DNA of 64,000 bases from an uncultured Verrucomicrobiae bacterium (lineage in GTDB: Bacteria > Verrucomicrobiota > Verrucomicrobiia > Limisphaerales > AAA164-E04). Made by a program: the position numbers and the translations under genes. The stretch is taken from assembly GCA_943788245.1 (NCBI GenBank), contig CALSPN010000003.1, forward strand, positions 3,548 through 67,547, given 5' to 3'. Of the stretch, positions 20,896 through 31,510 are shown piece by piece. Below the pieces are notes generated by a model that was given only the letters and a program-made list of their open reading frames with translations, made no database searches and was not told where the DNA came from. The first letter of the stretch is position 1. Each line of letters opens with the position of its first letter.

Positions 20896-21922
20896 ATGCC
20901 AGCAAAAATATACTCGGACAAGCACGCAGACCTCAATGTCCTCAAGGACAAAACTCTGGCAGTGCTTGGGTTCGGCTCCCAGGGACACGCTCATGCCTTG
21001 AATCTCAAGGAAAGTGGATGCAACGTCATCATCGGCCTTTACAAAGGTAGCAAATCGATCGCCGTTGCCGAAGACAAAGGATTCAAAGTCGTTACCACAG
21101 CGGAAGCCGTTCAACAAGCGGACGTAATCTTTGTTGCTCTGCCTGACACCAAGCAGGCTGCTGTTTACGAATCTGACATCGCACCCAACCTGATCAAGGG
21201 GAAAACACTCCTGTTCTCGCACGGTTTCGCAGTGCATTACAAAACCGTTGTTCCACCGGAAGACGTGGACGTCATTCTCGTCGCTCCCAAAGGCCCTGGC
21301 CATATTGTTCGACGTCAGTATGTCGAAGGCAAGGGTGTTCCTTCATTGATCGCTATCCATCAAAACCCTTCTCGCAAGGCCAAAAAAGTAGCTTTGGCAT
21401 GGGCTAAAGGTATCGGTGGTACCCGAGCAGGCGTCCTTGAAACGACTTTTAAAGAAGAAACCGAAACGGATTTATTTGGCGAGCAAACCGTTCTTTGCGG
21501 TGGCACCAGTGCCTTGATTATCGCCGGTTATGAAACCCTGGTCGAAGCGGGTTACCAGCCTGAAATGGCCTATTTTGAGTGTCTCCATGAATTGAAACTC
21601 ATTGTCGATCTGATCAATGAAGCGGGGATTCATGGCATGCGTTTTTTCCATCTCTGAAACTGCCAAATGGGGTGATGTTAAAGTTGGTCCCAAAATTATT
21701 GATGCCAGTGTCAAGAAACGTATGAAAGCTGCGCTCAAGGCCATCCAGAATGGTAAGTTTGCCAAGGAATGGGTCATGGAATACCAGACAGGTTACAAAA
21801 ATTTCAATGCGCTTCTCAAAGCAGGTGAAAAGCATTCCATTGAAAAAGTCGGTGCTCGTTTACGTAAGATGATGCCTTGGATGCAGAAGCGTTCTACGCG
21901 AGGCGTTCAGAGTTCTTACTGA
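20896..21922 (+). CDS. ilvC: Ketol-acid reductoisomerase; apparent frameshift
   Basis: [49 protein letters not shown]. Removing one T from the T6 run at 21642-21647 restores [13 protein letters not shown]. Confidence 0.95.
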
Positions 21923-21952
21923 GCATCATTTATCAGTCCTGAATTTGTAAAT

Positions 21953-21996
21953 CCGGCGTCTTCCTCTCAAACACCGAGGGAAGCGCCGGTTTTTTT
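21953..21996 (+). terminator. Rho-independent terminator after ilvC
   Basis: CCGGCGTCTTCCTCTC...GAGGGAAGCGCCGG imperfect hairpin followed by a T7 run. Confidence 0.8.
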
Positions 21997-22052
21997 CTAT
22001 TGTCACAAGACCGCAACCAGCGCATTTTTGTGGGGTTAACTTTCTAACAGCT

Positions 22053-22901
22053 ATGGGCGCAAAGATGAAAATGATAAAATCGATTTGGACGGCCTGCCTC
22101 TGCACGTTCCTCCTTTCTGCTGTCGAAATCAAGGCACAGCCGGAGGTCATCGACAGTCTTCGCGCATCGTATCAAACGATTTTGGACCGTAATCCCTTTA
22201 ATCTGCAGCCTCCTCCACCTCCCAAAGAAGAAGTGGCTGAAGAACCTGACGAAGAGGAAAGTCCAGAATTGGATGAATTGAAACTCAAAATTGCAGGTGT
22301 CAGTGCCAAGGATGAGTTAAAGCGAGTTTGGATGGCCATGACAATTCCTAATCCTGACCCTGAGCTTCCTCCGGTTGAGCGCTTTTTTTCCTTTACCGAA
22401 TCTGAAGACGAACATCATGGGGTAAAAGTCAAACAGATCGAGCTCAATGGAAATGTTGAAATCGAATTCTACGGGAAGAGTCACGAGCTGGAATTTGAAG
22501 AATACCGTTACGATGGTCCAAGTGGAGGCAAGAAAAAGGGCAAGGGCAAGGGATCTAACGCCAAAGCCCCTACGCGTATCAGTGCCAGAGAATTAATCCG
22601 CCGTCGTGCTGAGGAGCAGAGCAAAGGCAAAAACAACAATACCAAAAATACGACTTCGGGTAGGTCGAGCACTCGAACGACCTCTTCCTCCAGTGGCTCT
22701 TTACTCAAAAATGCTGGAACTGCCTCCAATCGCAGTGGGCTGCAGCGCATGCCTGCTCGGTCCATACGAACAACAACAAACAACAGGCAGTCAAAGCCTG
22801 CCATGAGTCGAGAGGAACAGATCTTGATGCTTGAAGCTCAGAGCGTCCTTTCGGAAAGGGAAGGTATTACCATGCCGCCCATCCCACCACTGCGGCGCTA
22901 A
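22053..22901 (+). CDS. Hypothetical exported protein, possibly GspC/PilP-like beta domain plus low-complexity tail
   Basis: Signal peptide, DRNPFNL, Pro/Glu linker, LKLKIAGVS...VKVKQIE..GNVEIEFYG, then a K/S/T-rich disordered tail. Confidence 0.55.
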   Translation: MGAKMKMIKSIWTACLCTFLLSAVEIKAQPEVIDSLRASYQTILDRNPFNLQPPPPPKEEVAEEPDEEESPELDELKLKIAGVSAKDELKRVWMAMTIPNPDPELPPVERFFSFTESEDEHHGVKVKQIELNGNVEIEFYGKSHELEFEEYRYDGPSGGKKKGKGKGSNAKAPTRISARELIRRRAEEQSKGKNNNTKNTTSGRSSTRTTSSSSGSLLKNAGTASNRSGLQRMPARSIRTTTNNRQSKPAMSREEQILMLEAQSVLSEREGITMPPIPPLRR

Positions 22902-22971
22902 TCATTGGTAGATTGGGCCTGAAATACGGAGACATTCGATTCTTTATTCCAGTCCTACTTCAAGTGAGCGC

Positions 22972-24261
22972 GTGAAAGAACCGAACTCCCAGCTTCGCCA
23001 AATCGGTTTGATCGGTGCGACTGCGCTTGTCATTGCCAACATGATTGGCGTTGGGATCTTTACTACAACGGGTTACCTGTTGGCTGACATGCCATCCCGT
23101 GGCTGGGTGCTCTTCGCATGGTTCATTGGAGGTGTCATGGCCTTACTCGGAGCGGTCTGCTACGGAGCGCTTTCGCAGCGGTTGCCGGAGTCTGGAGGTG
23201 AATATTTTTTTCTCTCTCGAACCATCCATCCTTCAGTGGGTTACATCAGTGGTTGGCTTTCCCTTTTTGTAGGCTTTTCTGCTCCGATTGCTGCCTCTGC
23301 TTACGGTATTGGTGTTTACCTCAGGCCTTGGGTGTTTGGCGTCGAGCCACGTTGGGTTGGGACATTTGCGGTTTTGATGATCGCATTGGTTCATGGAGCA
23401 GGTGTTCGCAGAGGGCTCCTGATGCAGAATCTGATGGTTGGTTTCAAGTTGTTATTGCTGGTGTTATTTCTTTCATGGGCTGGCTACAAGCTGGAAGAAC
23501 CGGTTCCGATGCCTGGCTGGGATTTTCAATATGACACTTTCTCCGTATCATTAGTTTGGATTTTCTTTGCTTATGCAGGCTGGAATGCCGTCGTATACAT
23601 CGCTGGGGAAATCAAGGAACCTCATCGTAATCTTTCAAAATCCATGCTCATCGGAACCCTTGCAGTTATCTTGCTTTACCTAGTTCTGAATGCGGTGTTG
23701 TTGTGGGGGGCGGATCCAGAATCTATCAAGGGTAAGGAAAATGTAGCCAGTATCGTGGCTGAATCATTGGGGGGAGCTCGCATGGCTGGGTTTATCTCGT
23801 TTCTGATCGTTGTTTCATTGACGACATCTGTTTCTGCCATGCTCATGGCTGGCCCGAGAGTTTACGCTAAAATGGCAGAGGATGGATACTTGCCTTCCTT
23901 TATGAAATCACCAAACCCACCTGGTTGCAGTAACATGGTTTTTCAGTTGGTGGTTGTATTATTAATGCTCTGGATTCCTCGATTTCGCGATTTGATTACC
24001 TACATTGGTTTCACACTTGGGATTGGGACGGCATTGACCGTGGTTGGCCTGGTGCGATTGAAGCGCAAAGAAGGGGCAAGCATGCATGTTCCTGGTTGGC
24101 CTATGATACCTTTCCTATTCCTGTTAATGGTGCTTTGGGTGACTGTTTTTTCAATCAGGAATAACCCTTTTCCCAGTTTTCTAGGCTTGTTGACACTGCT
24201 AGGGGGATGGGTGGCGTGGTGGATTCAGGAAAAAGCAAAAGAACGAAATAACTCAAGTTGA
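22972..24261 (+). CDS. APC-family amino acid permease
   Basis: ANMIGVGIFTT, PESGGEYFFL, FAYAGWNA, GPRVYAKMAEDG; about 12 TM helices. Confidence 0.9.
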   Translation: MKEPNSQLRQIGLIGATALVIANMIGVGIFTTTGYLLADMPSRGWVLFAWFIGGVMALLGAVCYGALSQRLPESGGEYFFLSRTIHPSVGYISGWLSLFVGFSAPIAASAYGIGVYLRPWVFGVEPRWVGTFAVLMIALVHGAGVRRGLLMQNLMVGFKLLLLVLFLSWAGYKLEEPVPMPGWDFQYDTFSVSLVWIFFAYAGWNAVVYIAGEIKEPHRNLSKSMLIGTLAVILLYLVLNAVLLWGADPESIKGKENVASIVAESLGGARMAGFISFLIVVSLTTSVSAMLMAGPRVYAKMAEDGYLPSFMKSPNPPGCSNMVFQLVVVLLMLWIPRFRDLITYIGFTLGIGTALTVVGLVRLKRKEGASMHVPGWPMIPFLFLLMVLWVTVFSIRNNPFPSFLGLLTLLGGWVAWWIQEKAKERNNSS

Positions 24262-24354
24262 AGTGAACTTGGATTACTCTGTTCAAGCGTATTTTTTATT
24301 CCTGGCGAAGCTTGGCTTTTTTCTGGGTAATTAGGTAATGTAACTTTCATTCGC

Positions 24355-27300
24355 GTGAATATGGACTTGAACATTTGCATAAGAGATTTTCCCCGTTTTT
24401 ATTGGAGAGGTATTCTCATTCTTTGCATGAGCTTCAGCATCCGGGGGGATACTCCCGTTTCGGGTTCCACAGTCGATTTCAATCACGATATTCGCCCCAT
24501 TTTATCGGAGCACTGTTTTCCCTGTCATGGACCTGATCGTAATCATCGCAAAGCGGGCTTGCGATTGGATCAGCCCGATGGTTTGACGGAATCAGAGGAA
24601 GGGGGTCCAATTCTTCTTCCCGGAAGTGCAGAGAAATCACCACTCATTCAGCGTGTTTTGAGTCACGATCCAGATGAGGTCATGCCACCTCCGGATGCCT
24701 TGCTTGAGCTCAATCCATCTCAAAAAGACATGTTGGTTCAGTGGGTGAACGAAGGAGCTCACTGGGACACACACTGGGCCTTTGTTCCCCCCATCGAAAG
24801 GACACTTCCTGAAGTGAACATGAGATCCTGGTTGCGGCATCCGATTGATTTTTTCGTGTTGGAGCAATTGGAATCTACGGAGCAATTTCCCTCTCGCGAA
24901 GCCGATCCTCGTACGCTTCTGCGTCGCTTGAGCTTCGATCTCACCGGGATGCCTCCAGAGCTTGATGAAGTGGACTCACTTGAAGAAAATGTTTCAGATG
25001 GCGCTTATGACGCGTGGGTCGAACGTTTGTTGGCTTCACCTCGTTTTGGCGAGCGTATGGCTCTGCCATGGATGGATGCGGCACGTTATGCTGATACCCA
25101 TGGTTATCAGAATGACGGGGATCGAGAAATGTGGCGCTGGAGGGATTGGGTTGTCGAGGCTTTCAATTCCAATATGCCTTTTGACCAGTTCACCATCGAG
25201 CAACTCGCAGGCGACCTCTTAACCGAGTCAACTCTTGAGCAGAAAATTGCCACTGGATTCAACCGCAACCATCGCTACAACTCTGAAGGCGGATCGATTC
25301 CGCGGGAGGTGCTGACAGAAAATGTTGCTGATAGAGTGGAAACAACCTCGACCACGTGGTTGGGCTTGACCATGGGATGCGCGCGTTGTCACGACCATAA
25401 ATACGATCCCATTACCACTGAAGATTACTACGGAATGTTCTCTTTTTTCCATAATGTTCCGGAGACAGGAAGGGCGATCAGGGATGGTAATTCAGAACCC
25501 TACATAAAAGCTCCTACATGGCTCCAGCAAGAGAAACTGCAGCAACTGGAGCGCGCCGTGAGGCAGGCCGGTAATGAAGTGAACGCTCTGCAGCCCGTGA
25601 TCGATGAAGCTCTGGAGGCTTGGCATCAAGGCGGGCAATGGAGAGATCAAAAGCTTTCTTTGGTTGATGAGGGTTTGATACACGCTCGATCCTTCGAAAA
25701 CAGTTTGGCTGGTTGGGATGCTGTGCCATTGAAAGAGCAACCTGAACATGGACTGTTGGAATGGACGGCAGCTATTCAGGGGACAGGGGTAATTTTGAAC
25801 GGAACATGGGACGGTAATTGTGGCGATATAGGGCGTTTTACCAATATGACCCCTTACTCATTTTCCCTGTGGGTCAAGCCGGCTCGTGATCACAGTGGCG
25901 CCATCTTTTCAAGAATTCAGGATGGTGTGGATGGCAAGGGATACCAGCTTGTATATGAAAAAGGACACTTTCGGTATCTATCCATTTCGCAAGGTTACGC
26001 TGGGCGCATAGGTGTGCGGACATTCAATTCATTTCAACCCGGGCAGTGGTATCATCTTACTGTAACTTATGATGCAACCATGAGTGCTCGGGGCATCAAG
26101 ATGTTTGTGGACGGAGAAAAAGCGGATGTCGAACTGTTGCGCAACAATGATTCCAATCCCAGCGGAATCTCCTCCAATCCTTTGCGTCTTGGCAGGAGTG
26201 CGATGGCTGATGAATTTGAGGGGGCTTTGGATGAATTGAGGATTTATGATCGTGTTCTTACTTCGGAAGAAATCTCAGCTCTTTCAGAACCATTATCTGT
26301 TCAAGATCTTTTGGTGCGTGAAAAGAATTCATGGACACCTCGGCAATTGCATGTCGTGCGAACCATGTTCAAGAGCCTGACTGAAGATCCGCGCATTCGC
26401 CCGGCCTTGTTCCAGTGGCATCAGGCTCAAAAACAATTGAGTGTCTTCAAGGAAGCGCTGCCAACGGTCATGGTCATGGAGGAAATGGAAGCGCCGCGGC
26501 CTACCCACATTCTGGTTCGCGGCCAATATGATCAACCAGGAAAGGCCGTCGATCCGGCGGTCCCTGAATTTATCGCAAAATGGAGTCATGATTATCCAGC
26601 CAATCGGCTTGGCCTGGCACAATGGCTGGTGAGTGACTCTCACCCTCTCACAGCCAGGGTGTTTGTGAACCGCGTTTGGCAAATGCTTTTTGGCCGGGGA
26701 CTCGTCAAAACAGCTGAAGATTTTGGAGTGCAAGGCGCCTCACCAACTCATCTGGAATTACTGGATTGGTTGGCCGTTGATTTCATCAAGTCTGGGTGGG
26801 ATGTCAAGCGACTCGTTAAATCCATCGTCACCAGTGCGACATATCGGCAGCAAAGTGACGTCTCACCCGAAATGCTGGAATGGGATCCCGAAAATAAATG
26901 GCTGGCACGCGGACCGCAGAAAAGGCTTCCTGCACATTTTGTAAGGGATCAACTACTGGAGTTATCAGGTTTGAAGGTTGACCTCATCGGAGGGCCTCCT
27001 GTGTTCCCCTACCAGCCCGATGATCTATGGGGTGAGGTGAGTCGGAAGACTTATCCCGAGTCGAAAGACGCAGGGCGATATCGACGCAGTTTATACACCT
27101 ATTTCAAGCGCACTGTTGCCCCTCCATTAATGCAGACATTTGATGCTGCAGACCGGGAGTCATGTATTGTTCGGCAGCAAACCACCAACACACCGCTTCA
27201 GGCACTGGCAATGTTGAATGCACCCATACTCCTTGAAGCCGCCTGGGAGCTGGCCAAGGCAGCACGTGAATCCACGTCCCACACCCCTGAATCACAAGTG

Positions 27301-27522
27301 CAGTCCTTATTTGAGAATGTTTTGTTGAGAACACCCAGTGAGCGGGAGTGTACGCTCTTGTCAGAGAGTTTTCTTGGCTATCAATCAATGACTGGGAAGG
27401 AACAGGAATCTATCATGATTGAGCTCGGTAAACCCCGGATAAAAGTTAGTTCTGACCTGTTCCCTGGGTTTTGCATTTCACTTACCTTGCTGGGGCTGGA
27501 TGAAACATTAAATACCAGGTAG
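24355..27522 (+). CDS. Planctomycete-type cytochrome c protein with DUF1549 (PSCyt2), LamG insert and DUF1553 (PSD1)
   Basis: DFNHDIRPILSEHCFPCHGPD, HWAF, RRLSFDLTGMPP, WMDAARYADTHG, CARCHDHKYDP, NRLGLAQWL, RRSLYTYFKRT, TNTPLQAL. Confidence 0.92.
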   Translation: MNMDLNICIRDFPRFYWRGILILCMSFSIRGDTPVSGSTVDFNHDIRPILSEHCFPCHGPDRNHRKAGLRLDQPDGLTESEEGGPILLPGSAEKSPLIQRVLSHDPDEVMPPPDALLELNPSQKDMLVQWVNEGAHWDTHWAFVPPIERTLPEVNMRSWLRHPIDFFVLEQLESTEQFPSREADPRTLLRRLSFDLTGMPPELDEVDSLEENVSDGAYDAWVERLLASPRFGERMALPWMDAARYADTHGYQNDGDREMWRWRDWVVEAFNSNMPFDQFTIEQLAGDLLTESTLEQKIATGFNRNHRYNSEGGSIPREVLTENVADRVETTSTTWLGLTMGCARCHDHKYDPITTEDYYGMFSFFHNVPETGRAIRDGNSEPYIKAPTWLQQEKLQQLERAVRQAGNEVNALQPVIDEALEAWHQGGQWRDQKLSLVDEGLIHARSFENSLAGWDAVPLKEQPEHGLLEWTAAIQGTGVILNGTWDGNCGDIGRFTNMTPYSFSLWVKPARDHSGAIFSRIQDGVDGKGYQLVYEKGHFRYLSISQGYAGRIGVRTFNSFQPGQWYHLTVTYDATMSARGIKMFVDGEKADVELLRNNDSNPSGISSNPLRLGRSAMADEFEGALDELRIYDRVLTSEEISALSEPLSVQDLLVREKNSWTPRQLHVVRTMFKSLTEDPRIRPALFQWHQAQKQLSVFKEALPTVMVMEEMEAPRPTHILVRGQYDQPGKAVDPAVPEFIAKWSHDYPANRLGLAQWLVSDSHPLTARVFVNRVWQMLFGRGLVKTAEDFGVQGASPTHLELLDWLAVDFIKSGWDVKRLVKSIVTSATYRQQSDVSPEMLEWDPENKWLARGPQKRLPAHFVRDQLLELSGLKVDLIGGPPVFPYQPDDLWGEVSRKTYPESKDAGRYRRSLYTYFKRTVAPPLMQTFDAADRESCIVRQQTTNTPLQALAMLNAPILLEAAWELAKAARESTSHTPESQVQSLFENVLLRTPSERECTLLSESFLGYQSMTGKEQESIMIELGKPRIKVSSDLFPGFCISLTLLGLDETLNTR

Positions 27523-28525
27523 TGCCTTGATCGATTAATGAAGGACCCCAGCGCGTCCAACTGGATTCAATGCTTGTTGACGGCGTCGGGACGTTTACTT
27601 TCAGCCCAAGCCTTGCCTAACGCTTGAAACGAACTTTAACGGATATGTTTTCCGCGAGGGGAAAGACAAACCGTTCTTCTCTGTCAAAGTGGTCATTGGC
27701 TAGACCTAGTTTCTGGAGCTGATTTGCTAATTCGACAGAATGACATTCTGTTATTTTTGGAGTGCTTTGATGATGATACCATCTCCGCTCTGAAAGGTTT
27801 TCAAGTGGCCGGTTTCCTGTGAAAAAGGCTCAAGAGGAGGAATCAGCAGGACGTGCTCGGCGCTACTTTTTTTTGAGTAATGGGCGCAACATCTCCCCGC
27901 GCAAAGATACTCTTTCCTTGGATGGTCTAATGATCGGCACCTTTTTGATAACCTCAAAAAGCAGTTGATCACATCATGCTCTGCAAGCATTGAAGCGTCG
28001 ACTGCCATAATTTTATACGGTTGAAAGGTCGGTTTTGCCCGGGAACAAGTGAATTTTCTATGAGTCGTGTTTCCTCATCTGGGACACCTATTTTGTCGGC
28101 AAGCAAATAAAAAGATTCGAAAAAAAAACGGGCCTCAGGGAAACACACACGGTTAACAAGTTTCCTGAGACCCGCCAAATCCTGTCTTACGACAAGGAAA
28201 ATCTGTGGCATCGGCGCGACAGCCCCGCCAATTTCAAAAGTTTTTATTTATTGTTTTTATCGCGTTCCCAATCCAGAGCCATAATGAACCCAAAGTGGTC
28301 GACCGCTTTTTTCATCCGACCATGCTTACATTTCCCCACATCGTCAGGGCAAGCACGTACAGACCGCAATGCAGTCGAGTTACTCGGTGAATATATCCAT
28401 ATGATCCGATTTTCCTCTCCTAAGCAACTGTAAAATGAAAAATAGGCACTGACCCTTCGATTCAAACTAGGTGCCCAATCGAGAAATAGGCAAACTACTT
28501 ACATTGCCTTAGAAGGCTATTTAAG

Positions 28526-28558
28526 TTCACAAGTAATTGTAATACAATTACTTGTGAA
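28526..28558. repeat. 33-bp palindrome (perfect 16-bp arms, 1-nt centre)
   Basis: TTCACAAGTAATTGTA-A-TACAATTACTTGTGAA. Confidence 0.9.
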
Positions 28559-28609
28559 GTATCTAGGTCGGGAAGGGGTTTTTTTCCCTTATTTTTGATG
28601 ACAATTTTA

Positions 28610-28637
28610 TTGCGTACTCGTTTTTCCTCAGTAAATT
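28610..28637 (+). promoter_or_regulatory. Putative sigma70 promoter of tRNA-Gln
   Basis: TTGCGT-16 nt-TAAATT ending 11 nt before the tRNA. Confidence 0.5.
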
Positions 28638-28648
28638 TACCCACGGCT

Positions 28649-28722
28649 TGTCTGGTGGTGTAAAGGTAGCACAAGGCTCTTTGGAGGCTTTGGTCAAGGT
28701 TCGAATCCTTGCCGGACAGCCA
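28649..28722 (+). tRNA. tRNA-Gln (TTG)
   Basis: Acceptor stem TGTCTGG/CCGGACA, anticodon loop CT-TTG-GA, T arm CAAGG-TTCGAAT-CCTTG, encoded CCA. Confidence 0.92.
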
Positions 28723-28732
28723 TTTTATTGAT

Positions 28733-28760
28733 GGCCGGGTATCCCCCGGCCTCTTTTTTT
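28733..28760 (+). terminator. Terminator after tRNA-Gln
   Basis: GGCCGGG-TATCC-CCCGGCC then TCTTTTTTT. Confidence 0.8.
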
Positions 28761-28784
28761 AGTCTCTCAATTTCTTCGAGTTCT

Positions 28785-29708
28785 ATGATACCCGCTCTTT
28801 TGGCGACATTTTTATTTTGTCTTTCTGCGGTTTCTGCCACAAGAGCCACACGCATTCTTGGGGGCATCTCTGCCAATTTCTGGCGACTTCTTCTGGCAAC
28901 GTTGTTGTTGGGTATCTGGGCTCATTGTTTTGCTCAAGGTGTACGAGGTGAAGGGTTTGAAATGTTTTTTTGGAGTGGTGTCGTTGGTTTTGGATTAGGG
29001 GATCTGGCCCTTTATCAAGCGTTGCCCAGGTTAGGGTCTCGATTAACCTTACTATTGGTGCATTGCGTCGCTGCGCCTTCCGCAGCATTCGCTGAATGGT
29101 TGCTGGTGGGAACGACGCTGACTCTGCCGCAAATAGCTTCGATTGCCTGTATTTTACTTGGGGTGGCTGTGGCCTTGTTGCCATTAAAAGTCGAATCAAC
29201 CGCGAAACACTTCGACCTCGTCGGTGTCGCTTATGGATTGGTAGCAGCGATTGGGCAGGGGGTCGGAGCTGCGATGAGTCGATTGGCTTACGATATCAAT
29301 GGACGACAGGATTTTCATATCGATGGACTGACCGCTGCTTATCAGCGAATATTGGGTGGTTTGCTGCTGGCATTGATTGCTTTGCTCGTAATGAAACGAC
29401 TCAGATTCAAGCAGGCAGAATCGAATCATGAAAGTTCTTCGGAGGACAAGAAAACACGCTCAAAAGGCCGTGCTGCATTGCCGTGGATTATTGGCACGGC
29501 CCTGGCTGGGCCCACCCTTGGGGTTGGCTGCTACCAGTGGGCTCTGGAAGCCATTCCGAGTGGCTTGGTTTTGCCTATCGTCGCCACCACTCCCTTGATG
29601 GTCATTCCGCTTTCAGCCTGGATGGAGGGCGATAAACCCACGATGCGCTCTCTTGCTGGTGGTTTAATTGCCGTGTTGGGGGTGATATTGCTCGGTAAAT
29701 TTCGTTGA
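28785..29708 (+). CDS. DMT/EamA-family transporter
   Basis: Two EamA-like halves (SGVVGFGLGDLALYQAL; GPTLGVGCYQWAL...ATTPLMVIP), about 10 TM. Start moved to ATG 28785, after the terminator. Confidence 0.85.
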   Translation: MIPALLATFLFCLSAVSATRATRILGGISANFWRLLLATLLLGIWAHCFAQGVRGEGFEMFFWSGVVGFGLGDLALYQALPRLGSRLTLLLVHCVAAPSAAFAEWLLVGTTLTLPQIASIACILLGVAVALLPLKVESTAKHFDLVGVAYGLVAAIGQGVGAAMSRLAYDINGRQDFHIDGLTAAYQRILGGLLLALIALLVMKRLRFKQAESNHESSSEDKKTRSKGRAALPWIIGTALAGPTLGVGCYQWALEAIPSGLVLPIVATTPLMVIPLSAWMEGDKPTMRSLAGGLIAVLGVILLGKFR

Positions 29709-29831
29709 GCTTTGCGCATTATGGATAAAGAAAGGTAATCAGGAACGGACTTCACTCGATAAGGCCTTGCAAGAAATATCTTCAAGTAGACGTGTTGAAT
29801 ACCGGTTAGAGTCTGTTACGCTGATCTTTAT

Positions 29832-31371
29832 ATGGCATTTGGATCTTACAGGGCTTTTATTGATAAATTAGACGAGATGGGGGAATTGGTTCGAATCACT
29901 GAACCTGTCGCCACAGAATTGGAGATCACGGAAATAGCGGACCGGGAAATGAAAAAACCGGGTGGGGGCAAAGCGCTTTTATTTGAGAAGCCAACCGTCA
30001 ACGGCCAAATTTCACCTTTTCCAGTGGCTGTCAACACGATGGGTTCAGATCGACGCATGGCTTTATCCATGGGAGCAGAATCGGTTGCATCAGTTGCCAA
30101 CGAACTTGCAGTCCTGATGAAAGCCAAGCCGCCCTCAGGTGTGCGAGATGCCATCAAGCTCTTCAGTGCTGCATTGGAATTGCGGCACGTACGCCCCAAA
30201 AAAGTCCGAACAGGGCCTTGCAAAGATGTGATCCATCTGTTCGATCCGCCCAGGACCAGAAATCAGGAATGGCCGGATGCGCCTTCTATTGACAGGGAAA
30301 CATCCAAGGATCCCAAAGATACTCCAACCCTTTTGAATTTACCCGTGTTGAAGTGCTGGCCTCTGGATGGTGGCAGGTTTGTCACCTTGCCATGTGTGGT
30401 CACGCGTGACCCCGATACGGGGGAAGGTAATCTTGGGATGTATCGAGTGCAGATATATGATGACCAAACGACCGGGATGCACTGGCAGCTTCAGAAAGTC
30501 GCAGCAAGGCATGGCCGACGTTACTACGAAACAGGTGAGCGCATGCCTGTCTCTATTTTTCTCGGCGGTGATCCGGCATTTCCATTCGCTGCCACCGCTC
30601 CCTTGCCGGATGGACTTGATGAGTTTTTATTGGCAGGATACTTGCGTAAACAGTCGATCGAGATGGTTCGTTGTGAAACCAACGACCTCCAGGTGCCAGC
30701 CAGCGCCGACATCGTGATTGAGGGTTACATCGACCCGAGGGAGCCACTGCGCAGCGAAGGGCCTTTTGGGGATCACACGGGTTTCTACACATTGCCAGAG
30801 CCTTACCCCGTCTTTCATGTGACTGCAATCACCCACCGTAATGATGCTATTTACCCGGCAACTATCGTTGGCATTCCACCGATGGAAGATTTTTACATGG
30901 GCAAGGCAAGTGTTCAGTTATTCCTGCCCATGTTTAAAATGAATTTCCCGGAAATCGTTGACATTGCGCTTCCAGCCGAGGGGGTCTTTCACAATTTGGT
31001 ATTTGTCAGTATCAAAAAAACTTATCCGATGCAGGCTTACAAAATCATGCACGGGCTCTGGGGAATGGGACAGATGATGTTTACCAAATACATAGTGGTC
31101 GTCGATGACGATGTCGATGTGCATGACACCAGCCAAGTTCTGTTCAGGCTTTGCTCCAACACCGAACCTCGCAGAGACGCTGTATTCACACGTGGACCTG
31201 CTGATGTGTTGGATCACGCAACGGATGCGGTCGGGCGTTGGGTCCAAGCTTGGTTTTGATGCTACGCGTAAACTAAGAGGAGAGGGGTTTACACGCGACT
31301 GGCCCCCACTGATCAAGATGGATGCCAAGGTGCGTGCAAAGGTGGACCAGTTACTGCAAGGTAAACTGTGA
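29832..31371 (+). CDS. UbiD-family decarboxylase (menaquinone-biosynthesis type); apparent frameshift
   Basis: LEITEIADR, NLGMYRVQ, EGPFGDHTGFY, GIPPMED, GLWGMGQMMFTK. Removing one G at 31233-31235 gives DHATDAVGVGSKLGFDATRK. Confidence 0.9.
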
Positions 31372-31510
31372 TTGAGAAAAGCCCCTATTTCAGAAAGACG
31401 TGATTCAGCTTTTTCTGACTCGACTCGCGTTCTTGAGGCTATTTACCTCGATTCTTCTGCAGGTCGCTAAAACGGGTTTTGCCCAGTTTCTGCCAGATAA
31501 CGCTCAAAAG

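Noticed and set aside
21642-21647. Programmed frameshifting or true pseudogene status for ilvC and the five other split genes
   Set aside because: All are single-base homopolymer expansions in otherwise intact conserved genes; sequencing error is more parsimonious.
27751-28465. Short minus-strand ORFs of 73-85 aa
   Set aside because: No recognisable motifs, atypical composition, and I could not join them into a coherent gene.
27523-28722. Prophage or integrative element at tRNA-Gln
   Set aside because: No integrase, no duplicated tRNA 3' end seen, and the tRNA is followed directly by a terminator and an EamA gene.
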